Part shown: positions 26,783 to 40,015 of the stretch, in pieces
Layout: every line of letters begins with the position of its first letter
Position numbering within the stretch: position 1 is the first letter of the stretch
NCBI RefSeq assembly: GCF_001194135.2
Contig: NC_068984.1
Location: forward strand, 63,427,177-63,491,176
Reading direction: 5' to 3'
DNA length: 64,000 bases
Source of the DNA: Octopus bimaculoides
Lineage: Eukaryota
Made by a program: the position numbers and the translations under genes
The notes under the pieces: generated by a model
Told to the model about the DNA's origin: nothing
Database searches by the model: none
The model's input: only the letters and a program-made list of their open reading frames with translations

Positions 26783-29038
26783 AACGAATGTATATCTTTT
26801 TCCTATTAGTTTTTAAAAATAAGTCGGGTTTTCCTCAACTATAATTACTCCTTGCCCTAACTTCACTTTCCAACATATGCTATTTCTCACATATTGTTCA
26901 CTTATCCTCAACAACGTTCCCCTTTCGATTTTTGTTTGAAAAGAAGGCACAACTAAATAATCCTCAATAATTTCGTCCAAAATTCGACGCAACACCTCTT
27001 CTATCTGGTAGCAAAAATTAGCAAATTTAAATAATTAGATAACATTATTTAGAAAATATACAGCCGGAGTACAGTACAAAATGTTAAATATATCTTCTTA
27101 CTTAATAATAGCTCCAGGTATCCCGATATAATTACTTCTGTAGAGTGCCGCAAAATAGCTCGATCACTCTGTCATTCTCACACAGACACACACGCACACA
27201 CGCACACACACACACACACACACACATACACATACACACACATACAACCACACACGCGCACCTGTACACACGCGCGCACACCCACATATATAAGTAGATT
27301 GACTGATAGATAGAAATATTTAGATACACGCATATTCACATATTCATACACATATATACAACAAATGTGTATATGTATACATATAGAAAGGTTCGACTTG
27401 GAAAATTTGATTTGCTTGACTTTATCAGATATTATATACATATATACATGCATGCCAACAAAAACCATACACACATGCAAACGTACATAAATACAAATAT
27501 ACACACATGCATACATAAATACGTACGTACATACACACACGGATACATAAAAACGCGCATACATACAAACATATGAACATGCATACATAACTACGTACAT
27601 AAATACATGCATTAGAGGGATGGAGGAAAAGTATTACAAATCCACAGCTGTTTCGTGAGGCTTGGCGGTTCATAACAATGTCTGGGGATAGATTCCATCA
27701 TAGGATATAATGAGCCTTCGTCTTCAGAAATAAAATCATACATCTGAGATGTTATATGTATATATATATGTCTGTATGAGTTAGAGGTTAGTAAAACATC
27801 TAAATGATATTAAATATCCAATATACTACTGAATGTGTACCTACGTATNNNNNNNNNNNNNNNNNNNNNNNNNNNNNNNNNNNNNNNNNNNNNNNNNNNN
27901 NNCATATGTACATGTATGTACATAGCTTCATCTACATGTACATATAGATACATATCCTTCATCATCTGCCACCATTAAAACACCGGCGTTTCGAAGAGTT
28001 AGGGCAGGACGCATCGTTAAAATGGTTCTTCCCACGAACACAAATAAAATTTTTGTCGTGGAGGATAGTGGCGGACGGAAAACAAGACAGGAAAAACGAA
28101 ACGGTGAAATAAAAGGCTGTACAGCTAGACGTAGAGAAGTGTGTGTGTATTGAACGCTGTATGTATATATGTATATATATATGTCTGTATGAGTTAGAGG
28201 TTAGTAAAACATCTAAATGATATTAAATATCCAATATACTACTGAATGTGTACCTACGTATTTTTAACCAATTGCTTACTATTGCATGGCAGTATTGCAA
28301 TTGAATACTAGGTATGGGTGGGGGTAAACTGGAAATTTACCCAGGATTTATAAGGCAAAATAGAAAATGGAGAGGATCTGCCATCCAGGCAGAACGACAA
28401 ACTTGACCACCGGAAAACAAGGCGTCACCAGTACTTTAACGAAGTAAAAATCAGATCTGCTCGCGGAATAAAAATTATAAATACACCTGATTCCAAAACA
28501 TACCGCTACAAGCAGAGAAATTGTAAACCAAATTCCCTTTTTTTTTTTACTATCTTCATTTCTCCCTTCTTGTTTCCGCTTAACTCAGTATTACTGAAAC
28601 TTTGATGATATTCATATACTGTCGATCACTACTAACGTTTATGATCTTTGTACATTCAAAAAAATTGATTTACAGTTTTATCATTATTGACGGCTATGAA
28701 TATTTAAACTTGTTACCATTGAAATTCCTCTACCTGATCTCCTAATTCATAATTCTAAATTTGTCTCTTATGAACATATCAATTTGTGATCATTGAAACA
28801 TTTTAATTTGTCAACATTGAAACTTTTAAAGTTGTTTTTCAAATTCATAATTTTAAACTTTTACCATTGATAAAGAAAAAATAATGTTGAAACTAATATG
28901 GTATATATGTAAATAAATATATTTTAAACAATTACAAGTTTTCCAAAATTAGGTGCATTTTCAACAACATATTTGCCTATATATATATACATAAATACAT
29001 ACATACATACACATATATATATATACATAAATACATAC

Positions 29039-29087
<49 letters not shown>

Positions 29088-29541
29088 NNNNNNNNNNNNN
29101 NNNNNNNNNNNNNNNNNNNNNNNNNNNNNNNNNNNNNNNNNNNNNNNNNNNNNNNNNNNNNNNNNNNNNNNNNNNNNNNNNNNNNNNNNNNNNNNNNNNN
29201 NNNNNNNNNNNNNNNNNNNNNNNNNNNNNNNNNNNNNNNNNNNNNNNNNNNNNNNNNNNNNNNNNNNNNNNNNNNNNNNNNNNNNNNNNNNNNNNNNNNN
29301 NNNNNNNNNNNNNNNNNNNNNNNNNNNNNNNNNNNNNNNNNNNNNNNNNNNNNNNNNNNNNNNNNNNNNNNNNNNNNNNNNNNNNNNNNNNNNNNNNNNN
29401 NNNNNNNNNNNNNNNNNNNNNNNNNNNNNNNNNNNNNNNNNNNNNNNNNNNNNNNNNNNNNNNNNNNNNNNNNNNNNNNNNNNNNNNNNNNNNNNNNNNN
29501 NNNNNNNNNNNNNNNNNNNNNNNNNNNNNNNNNNNNNNNNN

Positions 29542-29572
<31 letters not shown>

Positions 29573-32500
29573 ACACATACATATATATATATTCATAGAT
29601 AGTTAGATACAGATATATAAATGCTATTACGCATGAATGTGTCTCTGTGTGTGACGCGTCCTTTTATGTTTACGTGGCATCATCGGGACGCATATATGTG
29701 TGTGTATACTTATAAATATATGCATTCGATAGAATATACAAGTATATACAATCGTACGGGTACACACATATGTACAAACATATCCACGTTGGTATTTTAT
29801 ATATATACTCACGCGATAACATACCATCTGGTAAGGTTGCATTTTGCCAGCTTGAAGCGCCTCATTATGAAGAAATTACATGCTTTGGCTGAATCGCTAG
29901 CGTAGCGGTGTGTGCCAGTTCCTTGCGTTCTGAATTCAATGTTTTATTTCAATGTAAATGTTTCATTTCATGTTTTTGAAACTGATTTAAAAAATGCATA
30001 AGTCAATTATTGGGTCTCTGTTACCGACTGCTACTCTCTTCTTGAAATACTAGTCCAGAGCTTAAATTAGAAACAATAAATTAATTTTAATATTATTACT
30101 TTTGTTCTTTTGTTGTGGCTCTTTTTATATGAAATCTGAAAGATGTGGAGAGGTAGATGCACCCATACGCAATGCGATACATTCAGACTGAGGTAGGAAG
30201 AAAGAGAGAGTGAGTGAGTCATGTATTTGAAAAATCACAAATGGACAAAGAAAATCACTTAATTTTAGGTTAAGTAATTAAAGTTTATATGTAAGAACAG
30301 TAAGCTAAAACATATGAGACACTATTAAATATATATTTAGGAAGAGTAACAGAAAGCTAGATCGGTCGATAGACAGGTTGATCTACATTTAGTGAAATGG
30401 ACAAATTTCACATAATTGCTTTTTTTTTGTGCGTGGCACCGACAATAATATGGCGAAATCAGAAGAAATATAAAGCGATATATATCTTTGTGTGTGTGTA
30501 TGCATGCATGTATATATAGATATATGGAGATACTGTTATATATAGATTCAATTACGTACTTACCTATCGCTCGTATATTCATGCATGCATCTATATCTGC
30601 ACGTGTAAGTATCTGTGTGCACACAGTATCTGCAATTATTTGTAGGGAAGTACATGCTGCTGCCTTCACTTTAATACGGCGCCTGAAAGAGGAAAAAAAA
30701 ATATAGTCTACAAAAGTGTTCTGTATGAAATAAACATGAAAATAATGTTCAGTGGCAATCATGATCGATTTTCACATCAAATAATGCAAAAAAAAAAAAA
30801 AGATGAAATACAAAAATTTATTGTGTTCCGAAAATGAATCACAATGCGCAGTCGTTTGCAGCTTCTAACTGTATGTCCCGATGACTAGAAAATATCTGTG
30901 ATCTTAAAGTTATATTGAAATGTGCATTCTGATACATATCATATGTACTGTACAATTTATGCCTATATGTAAGCATGCATATAAAAAATGCCCATAGTGT
31001 GAGAGGGAAACATTATGATATACATAGGTTGAACAAATTGAAATATATAAACATGCGTTTTATTCTTTTAAGAACTATATTTATGTAAAAAGACAGTAGA
31101 TAAATGTTTGCAAGATTGCCATGAATTATGAATATTTGTATTCTGCTCATTATTCCTAATACACTCCTGTTTAAATATTGTTATTCATCAGTCTGGCTCC
31201 AATATAATCTTTAGGGAAAAAAATTCAAAATAAGAAAAAGAGAGTATAGATATACTGTGTGTCATTATATCTCCGTAATAACAAAAATATAATTTATGTT
31301 TGCAGGCGAATTTATACACTGTAAATATAAGTATTTGGGCTATGAAAATTGTGAAGATAATTGATAATATCATAGATATATAAAGCAATATCTATTTCGG
31401 TTACTCAAATATTTGTGTTTATCTATCTTGCGACTACTGGAAGCGATGAGTGATTAACTAAAAATAATTCTTATTTTGTTTTTTGGCCCCAAGTTATTCA
31501 TAAACAAAATTTTGTGATTTAATCAGATCAGAAGTGGGGAAAACCAAAGATTCATTTGTTGGGTATCTGAGAATGATGTGAGGCATCAAGTTAGATCTTT
31601 ATATCCGTAGTCACAAAACGTTGAATGTTTGTAAAAACATCGGTTTCACCACTGGTAATATAAAACCGTGTCAAAGATTACTTGTACGCTGTTAAAACGT
31701 GTCAAAAATTATTCGTACGCCTATGGTAATAGGCCAACTAGTTTACGTCAAGTAATTTATAAATTGTCTAAAGAAGTGAAATATTTATCTTTTGGAAGAG
31801 TGGATCTCGAAGCACGTAAAGCAATAAATAAAAGCGCGTAGATATTTGCTTTGAAAAGTCGAAAGGTGCTTGTTGACATAGTTTACAAAGTATGCCCGCA
31901 TCTGTGATCAATGTCATACACGTTCTCTACACTCGCAGTACCTATCTAAAACTATATCATTATCCCGTTTTCAAAACGAGTGGCCGTAGCTGAGGCAAAT
32001 TTATCTATTTCATCTAGCTTATGTATCCATACCTCTCATGTTTATTCTTTGTTTCTAATGAATTTTATGTGTTGTGTTTTAGTTTCGATTTTGTGAGATG
32101 AACCAAAATTGTATATATTACTATTACGATCTTTACGGTACTCTTCTGGAACTGAATTCCCTTTTTTGTACTCTATTTTAAAGATGTTATTTACGCAATG
32201 TTATTGAGATCATTTTGCGGTAGAGTTACCTGATAAATGTTACCCTAGTTGATGAGAATACATTCTAAGAATTATTTGCAGCAGAACGAAACAATTACAC
32301 ATTAATATCCTCCATTGATGATCTGTAGTTCCTAACGGATATTATTATACTTGTAGATATTATGATTGCAACAATAAACAATAAGAGCTGTAATTTACTT
32401 TTAAAACTTTGTGAGAAAATATCTCATATATTTGTTGTTTGAGGAAAAAAAAATTTTAACCGTTGGCATCTGATCTCTTGTAAAATGCTTGCCGAAGAAC

Positions 32501-32984
32501 TTTATCTCTAAATCTGGGTAATGAAAATATTTAATCCGCTACATTCACAGCAATATCAACGTCAATCTTAGTTCATAACAACAAATACTTTATGTATAAT
32601 GTTGTACCTAAATGGATGAGTGTTGTTTTATTACGTGTAGAAATTAAGCGTATGACCACTGGCATTTCACAGCCTTGTCGGTACATAAAGCAAACAATAT
32701 ATGAAGACGAATAACGACGCTTCCTTTAAGTGGCCTCTCGACTTGCTAGAAATAGAAACCATATGACACTAAGCCCTATGCATTTTCTTAATATCAAATG
32801 CTGTCTAATACCCTCCAAGACAAAATGATTCAAAATCAGGTCGGATAGTTATGGTTTTAACATCGTTGAATAAGGTTTTGCTTTATCACAGTTGGCTTAG
32901 ATCTAAACGGCAAAAACAATTGGCACTACTTAATAATTTCTACTTAAAGTCTATTTATCTTTATATGTATATGTATATGTTGCC

Positions 32985-33320
32985 GAGTGCATGGCTCGGG
33001 GTTCCGTCTCACCGCGTGGTGACTTGAACAAGTGTCTTCTACTATAGCTTCGGGTCGACGAAACCCATGTGAGTGAATTTGGTAGAGGGAAACTGAATGA
33101 AGCCCATCATATAAGCGTGTGTCTGTGTTTCACTGTAGCTTGACAGGTGGTGGTGTTTTGTTTACGTCACCTTAACTTAGCGGTTCGTCAAAAGTGTCCA
33201 ATACAAGTAGTACTAGGCTTAAAAACAAATAGTGGGGTCGATTTTTTAGACTTAAAATTCTTCAACGAGGTGCCCTGGAAAGTCGCAGTCTAATGAGTGA
33301 AACGAGTATAACAAGATGAA
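32985..33320 (+). mobile_element. Diverged SINE family B copy
   Basis: CAAGTGTCTTCTACTATAGC...GTGAGTGAATTTGGTAGAGGGAAACTGAA...TTTACGTCACCTTAACTTAGCGGTTCG matches the 26402-26782 copy. Confidence 0.75.
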
Positions 33321-34053
33321 AGATATATATGCGTGAGTACGTAATTAGTGTCATGTCAGTAATAAGTTCCGTTCACAACCACCATGTTCTTGATTGGATC
33401 CCTCTACGTGGTATCCATAATTCGCGATTTAGAGTGCAATTAGATTTAGCTCCATAGTTTGAGAAACCTTGTAATTCTTTTGAATCTAGAAACACCGAAT
33501 GAGTAATTGAATTCCTTATATCTATTCCATTGAAATATGTTGTAGGTTCAATGGCGCCGAGATCTAAACGAAGTCGCCATAAGCATCATATTATAATGTC
33601 ATTGTAATTCTATATATCACCCATTATTCATTTCAAATTACAATTGGCACATACAAGATAAATCAAATTAAATCTGCTGCACCCCGATTTATTCTTATGA
33701 ATGAATGCTGCTTATGCATCGGCAACATATTAAAATATATAACACTTCGTGAAATATATTATTGAGACTGTACCTCAACTCAGACTTGCTGGCAATAATA
33801 CATCTCATCTTATTATCAAGGGATACTAACAAGCAGCCTTATCAAGCAAATTAGGATTTTAAACAAATACTCATCGTGCAAAAGCATAAGACTAAGGTCT
33901 AAACTGTAAATAATAAACTGCGCATTAATTTATATTATAACATCGATTCTAATTTGTAATAAATATATTGGAATATATTCCCGTCGAAGAGATAATCTTT
34001 CTTCTGATGTAGTTTTAATGATCATTCCAATAAATATGCTACATCATTTTAAC

Positions 34054-34085
<32 letters not shown>

Positions 34086-34249
34086 TAATCAACAGACATT
34101 GATATAATTGGAGCCATTGATTTAAAATTGCGCAAATCATATATATGGAAACATGGAGAATACATAAACTTCAGCTAAAACTTTTTGAAATTGTTAATAG
34201 GTATTTGATAATGACATTTAAATGAGGTTCAGCGCTACCAATCTGAAGA

Positions 34250-34850
34250 TTCCATCTTATCAAAACCGACGATATTGACGGTTTCCAGTCCCATAAACAA
34301 TTTTATATGGATATCCATAAACAACTATATTGAATGTATCCAAAATATAGCATAACAAGGGTGACAAATTGTATACTATTCAACTAATTGCTATTGTCAT
34401 GAAACGAAAATGATTTGAAACTCATTGAGCAACCTCTCAGGTTAAACCACAGTTCTAAAATCATGAAGAAATCCAATGGCTTCTTAGTATCATTACTCAG
34501 CATGACAATTCTTAACAACTCAACTGATATTGATTTAAACTACAAATAGATGTTACCATAAAATTACGGTTTGCATCTCGAGTCTAGAAGTTTAATTTTA
34601 TGACGAGAATTGATTACCAGGAAGCAAGCCAGTGACGCACAAACAGACGTTTATCATCCATCAGTCTGTTACCATATCTGTCATGAGAGTCTTGCATCTC
34701 TGGACATTGATACACTAAGGCTGTGACGATTCTCAACCTATTTGGTAGACGACAAGTTTATTCATCGACTTTCTTAAAGCCTTGACCACTTTCTTGAATT
34801 CAATATCAGTAGCATGCCCATGAGCGCTACATGTTTATAAAATGTTTACA
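34250..34850 (+). mobile_element. Heavily decayed CR1-type LINE RT 3' remnant
   Basis: Fragments resembling ...LPYxERLASLDIDTLRLxR...LVD near 34660-34760. The left boundary is uncertain. Confidence 0.4.
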
Positions 34851-36048
34851 ACAATTATCGCTCTTTTACACTTTTCCTTCGAGTTGTAGTACACTTCAGT
34901 GAGATGTGTTTATTATTCAAGAATTATTCAAGAATTATTCATTATTCAAGAATTTTGAAGTTTTATTTGAAAATGTTGCTATATATATAAACTTATAGAT
35001 AAGTAATAGGTAATGTATCGTATTTGACGATTTCAGAGGTGTTCGTATAGCATTGGTTTTTATATAGTCTAAAATAAGGAGAGATAGTTAAAGTAATTCT
35101 CAAATTCTGAAAGCTGTGTAACATAACAGGAAAATCTCAAAGTAACATTTTTAAAGGAAGTAAAAAATATAGAAAAATGTGAATGGTCATTAAGTGGTAA
35201 AAAATTGAGTGTTCGTTATGCCAAAGCATCCTCTTTTACATATCCCTCCCGAATCTGTAGACGCAAGCCCAGTGCCGGTAACATTCACGTGGACTGTGAT
35301 CATAACACTCCTCTATCATTCCTATCTCCAACTAGCACTTAAGAGCGAGCCTTTCCCACGAAACTACCAATTCGCCTAAACATTTCTGGTCACTCTGATC
35401 ATTTCAAGTCATAGACGGTTAAGTTTCTCTAGAAATAACATTCGTCGCTTGTTATGTCCAGCACTATCGTTTTATCCTTTAGCTTTTGCAAGATTCAACC
35501 GTTTCCAAAGCAACATCGCAATTTTCCCTCCTGATTCTTCTTCACGTCAATATGCTTAAAGCTTTCGCTAGAAGCTGGTGCACATTCTCGTGCCTTGGAT
35601 ATACTCGTTTAATTCCTGGATACTACACTTGTCCCGAGTGACCCGAAGTCGTTGAGCATGATGATGTTTGTCTTGGTTGAACCCACTTTATGTGCATTCA
35701 CACTGCCTATTCTCTGCAAGGCCATGTTTGATGTATGGGTGTAAAGTGAGAAGGATTACTAACCATTTTCCTGTGAATGGACGGACGATCCGAAATTCCA
35801 CTTAAATTTTAGATGTTTCTATTAGTAAACTTTTATAAATCCTTTTGTTTCTCGTTCCCCACGAAGCCTCCTATTCCATCGAAATATTTTGTTTTTAGTC
35901 TGTTGTAAATGTGTTTTATTACATTTAAGATTTTTGTGTTGGAATGTTAACTGTCAGTATAAAGAGGTACTTCTACGCAACGATTTGTGTAGACGTATAT
36001 AGATGAGCACCATGATTTAAGAATATTATTATTATTATTATTATTATT

Positions 36049-36603
36049 GACTGAGAGAGCAGTGCATGCCATCAAAGTGACACTAGGGCAAAATATACGA
36101 AGCCTATTATACCCATCATGACTACCCGTCTGATAAGGGTATACTAGGTACATGCATCACAACCATATGTGCGTCACATGGTGATCTCATAAGAAGATAA
36201 ACAGCGCATGACCTTGCAGGTGGGGCCCAGTTAGAATTTTCTTCAGGTTGAGTCGCCCATCCCGCTCAAATGGTATCTGAATAAGGTTTGTTTAAGGATG
36301 TTGAGCAAAACACCCATATTTCCAAAGGTGAATTAGTCAAACCCCAAAGAACTCGTCTCAACACATGGCTATGATGCTCCACCACTACTTCTGCTCGTGA
36401 TCAGAGATGCATATATCGTCAGCCACCAAGGGACATGCTGAACTGGTTAAGGTCAAACAACTGACAAGCAAATTTGTGGTATTAAGCAGAATATTTGCTG
36501 TAGCCCATCTTTTATACCAAGACAAAACAACGTACATGCTAACACTTCCAATTAATTAAGATCAGAAACCATGAGAGCCACTGCCTGGTACTGCATCAGG
36601 GTA
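36049..36603 (-). mobile_element. ~555-bp non-coding repeat bounded by (TAA)n on both sides (family C)
   Basis: A partial second copy of the same end lies at 37705-37780, also abutting (TAT)n. There is no ORF. Strand is inferred from tail orientation. Confidence 0.7.
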
Positions 36604-36630
36604 TATTATTATTATTGTTATTATTATTAT

Positions 36631-37262
36631 TTTATGTTTGACTTTTGCATACATTTGCACAAGTTGGCTCCAAGTCTCACCTAGAGACCTCAAGAGACAA
36701 GTTAGAAGTTAATGTTGGTGTTATACCTAGGGTGCCATATATTTGTTTTTGTACATAGTGTTGTTCTAGAGAATGTTTAAGAAACCATAATATAATTGTG
36801 TTTGTTTTAAAATTTGAGATTACATAGACAGTATTTTACGTAGGAGCACTATCTTTTGAATATCTGCCATTTTAGGGTTTCCTAGCATTTGAGGTAGGTA
36901 GCAATCAGTCCCATTCCTAGGGCGAATGGTGAGGTTCTGGAGGAGTGAGATGTGATCATTTTCAAGCATTGGAGGTGGTTTGTGTTCCAAACACTTTTTA
37001 TCATTAGACAGGTCCATGTTTTAGCACATTACCCAGTGAATATATTGTGCAGCTCTATCATGCCTGTTGAGATACTCTGTAGGCGCAAGAAGACTGCACA
37101 TGGAGACAACATCATTAATGGTTTCATGTTGTTATTGACATATACGACATGTTGGGAAGCTGTCGTTCTTTTATATGTTGGCCAAGTAGTTTCTTGTAGG
37201 TAAGCACTGATCTTGGGCTGCTGTGATAAACCATTCTGTTTCTGATTTTAGGCCAGAAGCCA
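36631..37262 (-). mobile_element. 5'-truncated, internally deleted R4/Dong-like LINE 3' end
   Basis: LKSETEWFITAAQDQCLPTRNY...CRIC..HETINDVVSMCSLLAPTEYLNRHDRAAQYIHW (Zn-knuckle region), then GNPKMADIQKIVL..RKILSM*. The 3' UTR matches 12686-12900, and (TAA)n lies on both sides. Confidence 0.9.
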
Positions 37263-37279
37263 TTTATTATTATTATTAC

Positions 37280-37347
<68 letters not shown>

Positions 37348-37629
37348 CATCATCATCATCATTATTATTATTATTTTTATATCGATATTTATAGGATTGA
37401 GGTTACTCCTCCAGAAAATATGGAAGCAAAAAAGAAGTGTGCTATTGTTATCAAGTGAACGCTATTTCGACATTTCTGGAAGGGTAACCTCAGTCTTATA
37501 AATGTTACCAAACTGAAGTAAATTAAAAGTTTATTTTTTTAACCCGTGGAAGAGACACGAGGTGTCGAAATATCTTTCACTTGATAACAATGGCACTATT
37601 ATTATTATTATTATTATTATTCTATTGAC

Positions 37630-37706
<77 letters not shown>

Positions 37707-37848
37707 TGAGTGAGAGAGCAATGCAAGCCATCAAAGTGACACTGGGGTAAAATATACGAAGCCTGTTGTACCCATCATGAATAATTCACTAATTAATTTC
37801 AGAAATTACACTGAATAAAGGGATGGAAACAAAAGCGAGCTTATTATA

Positions 37849-38737
37849 AAAGGTGGTATAAAAAAGTTTCTGGAGTAGTTCTGTAGTATGCTAACAGAAG
37901 GAAGCACACGGTTGCGTGTGCATTGAGGGCTAGCAGGGACATTCATGAGGCAGTGTGCTAAGTGACATTGCTGTGTTTACTTCGCAATTTGTCAAATTTG
38001 TGTTTTCATGTACGCTGTAGTCTGCAATTTTATCATGGACAGGAAGAAAGAGCCAACGTGAAATCTTGCGTTAAACTTGGGATGTCTCCTATAGAACATT
38101 GAGCATGCTTCGGAAAGTTTACAGCGATAAGGTAATGGGTCGTACGTAATTTTTCGAGTGACACGAGTGCTTAAAAAGCGGAAGACCGTCCCTGCAAGAC
38201 AATGAGCGATCTAGAAGACTTGTCACGATGGTCACCCCCGGAAATATGCATCGAGAATTCGTCCCCCAATGTTAGACCGTCAATCCAGAGTTCTTCGATG
38301 ACATTTTGAAGTGCTTGAGGGAGATCATTCAGCGAAAGAGACTGGATCTGTGGAGCACGAAGAATTGGATACTTTACCGAGAATTCCTCACTCGTGATTA
38401 ATTTGTGAACTAAAATTTGTAAACTATCAAAAAACGACATTACATTGTTTCCGCACCCACACTATTCTCTACATGTAGCACCTGCGAATTTCATCTCTCC
38501 CCCAAGATTAAAATGCAGCTCAAAGGACTCTGTTTTAACACCGTTGTCGAGATCCAGAGCGAACCGCAGAAGGTCTTCGACTCGTTTACGGAAAACGACT
38601 TCCAGACCAGATTCCAAAAGTAGCAAGTCTATTGCTGCGCAAGGTGACTATTTCGAATGAAATGATATTAAGACTTAGTTAAATAATTTAGTTTTTGTTA
38701 AACTTAACTAGTCCGTGAACCTATTGATAACACCTCG
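37849..38737 (+). mobile_element. Mariner transposon, internally deleted and pseudogenised
   Basis: Imperfect TIRs between TA dinucleotides (37847-8, 38738-9). N-terminus ...NVKSCVKLG...LRKVY...ERS, then TVNPEFFDDILKCLRE and HPHYSLHVAPANF (cf. HPPYSPDLAPxDF), ending AQGDYFE. Confidence 0.9.
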
Positions 38738-38827
38738 TATAATCCGATGTTTCTGTTTATTTCGTACTACTTATAAGAAAAACAGGTGGCTCAATAACGG
38801 ATATGATTTATATTAATTCCCAGTTTT

Positions 38828-38870
38828 CGCATTCACACTTACGCATTCACACTTACGCATTCACACTTAC
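38828..38870. repeat. 14-bp unit CGCATTCACACTTA x3
   Basis: Directly visible. Confidence 0.9.
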
Positions 38871-39694
38871 CGCAAATAGCAAATTTCAAAGGATTTAATT
38901 CTGGACAAATTCTTTTGATAGGATCCAGTAATTCATGTGATTAATGCTTTCTTAACATGTCTCCGATTGTTCTATTATCTAGATACTAAATGCTCACGCT
39001 ATAGTTTCATTAGTTAATTATGGGATAAAGACCCTAAATAAGTGGAAAATAGATATAGCCAAGATTCCTCATTAGAGCATTAATGATTTTAATTGCATTA
39101 GATGAGAATTGAAGGGTAAAAAAGATGATTGTACTTCACAAGGGAATGTCAATTCTTCATTCATTTAGAGCCTCATGATGATTAAAACAATTAATTTTAT
39201 TACGAGAATGTATCATTAACAAGGGCATATCAGTATAGAAATCGATTGAATAAGTATGAGTATTATTTCCTAATTAGAATCAATCATTATTAACTGCAAA
39301 GCAAACATTTCCCTGAGTTAGCAGTGAAATATTCACTTCGTCGCTTGAACAATTAGAAATGATACACAAATCAACATTGAACTTCATGTTACCATCTTAT
39401 TAAAGGCCACATTGGAATCGTAGTCTTCGAAACGCTATTTAAGATAAATTAATGCAATATAGTTTTGGCTGGAATACCTTTGTCTATAAGACTGATCAGG
39501 GGTAACAGAAGCAGCAAAACGTTTTGTGACAAAGAGTAAATGATTCGGATGACTTAAATACCCGAATCATTTCACTTCTTTCTTGTTAAGGGTAACATGT
39601 TCCGAGGAAAATGTTGGCGGTAATACAAGTGGTTGATCACTTCCTTAACTGTTTGGATGTGATTTCTAAGTGAACAATAAAAAAACAGCCATAA

Positions 39695-39845
39695 TTCTTC
39701 ATTATTTACATTATTTACATTTGACAGATATTCGTCCTCATCTTGTTTGTTGTTAACACAACGTTTCGGCTGATATACCCTCCAGCCTTCATCAGGTGTC
39801 TTGGGGAAATTTCGAACCTGGTTTCTCATTCCTAAGGTATTTTTC
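39695..39845 (-). mobile_element. Family-1 Penelope terminal repeat module
   Basis: Near-identical to 51240-51373. A short plus-strand copy of the module's 3' tip follows at ~39866-39903. Confidence 0.85.
39755..39800 (-). ncRNA. Minimal type I hammerhead ribozyme motif with intact core
   Basis: GACAC-CTGATGA-A-GGCTG-GAGGGTATAT-CAGCC-GAA-ACGT-T-GTGTT: stem I GACAC/GTGTT, stem II GGCTG/CAGCC, palindromic ACGT stem III, predicted cleavage after GUU. Activity is untested. Confidence 0.8.
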
Positions 39846-39919
39846 AGGACATCTGTAGACCGCATAATAATGTACATAATTCCTCATCTCTTAAATATAA
39901 AACTGTATTAGTCATAATT

Positions 39920-40015
39920 CTTGACTGCTACTCTATTTACTAACTCAGAAGGGATATAAATAAGATTAGCCTCGGCGGGATTTGAACTCTAAGTAATGCG
40001 ATCTCGGAGGAATGA
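39920..40015 (-). mobile_element. Partial SINE family A
   Basis: CCTCGGCGGGATTTGAACTC is the reverse complement of the family A B-box region. Confidence 0.6.

Noticed and set aside
26813-26995. Merlin/ISXO2-like phrase RGTLLRISEQYV
   Set aside because: Similarity is too short and no termini were seen.
27975-28030. Hammerhead-like GAAACG on the minus strand
   Set aside because: No CUGANGA core and no stem I partner.
27754-28261. 95-bp identical direct repeat (27754-27848 and 28167-28261)
   Set aside because: The first copy ends exactly at an N-gap and identity is complete, so a scaffolding artefact is most likely.
35300-35800. GC-richer segment with hints of LINE endonuclease (IIMLNDF) or integrase (YPGI) motifs
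   Set aside because: The interpretations conflict and neither has consistent motif order.
37535-37585. GACAC-GAG-GTGTC-GAAA hairpin resembling hammerhead stem II
   Set aside because: The upstream core is not CUGANGA, and stems I and III cannot be formed.
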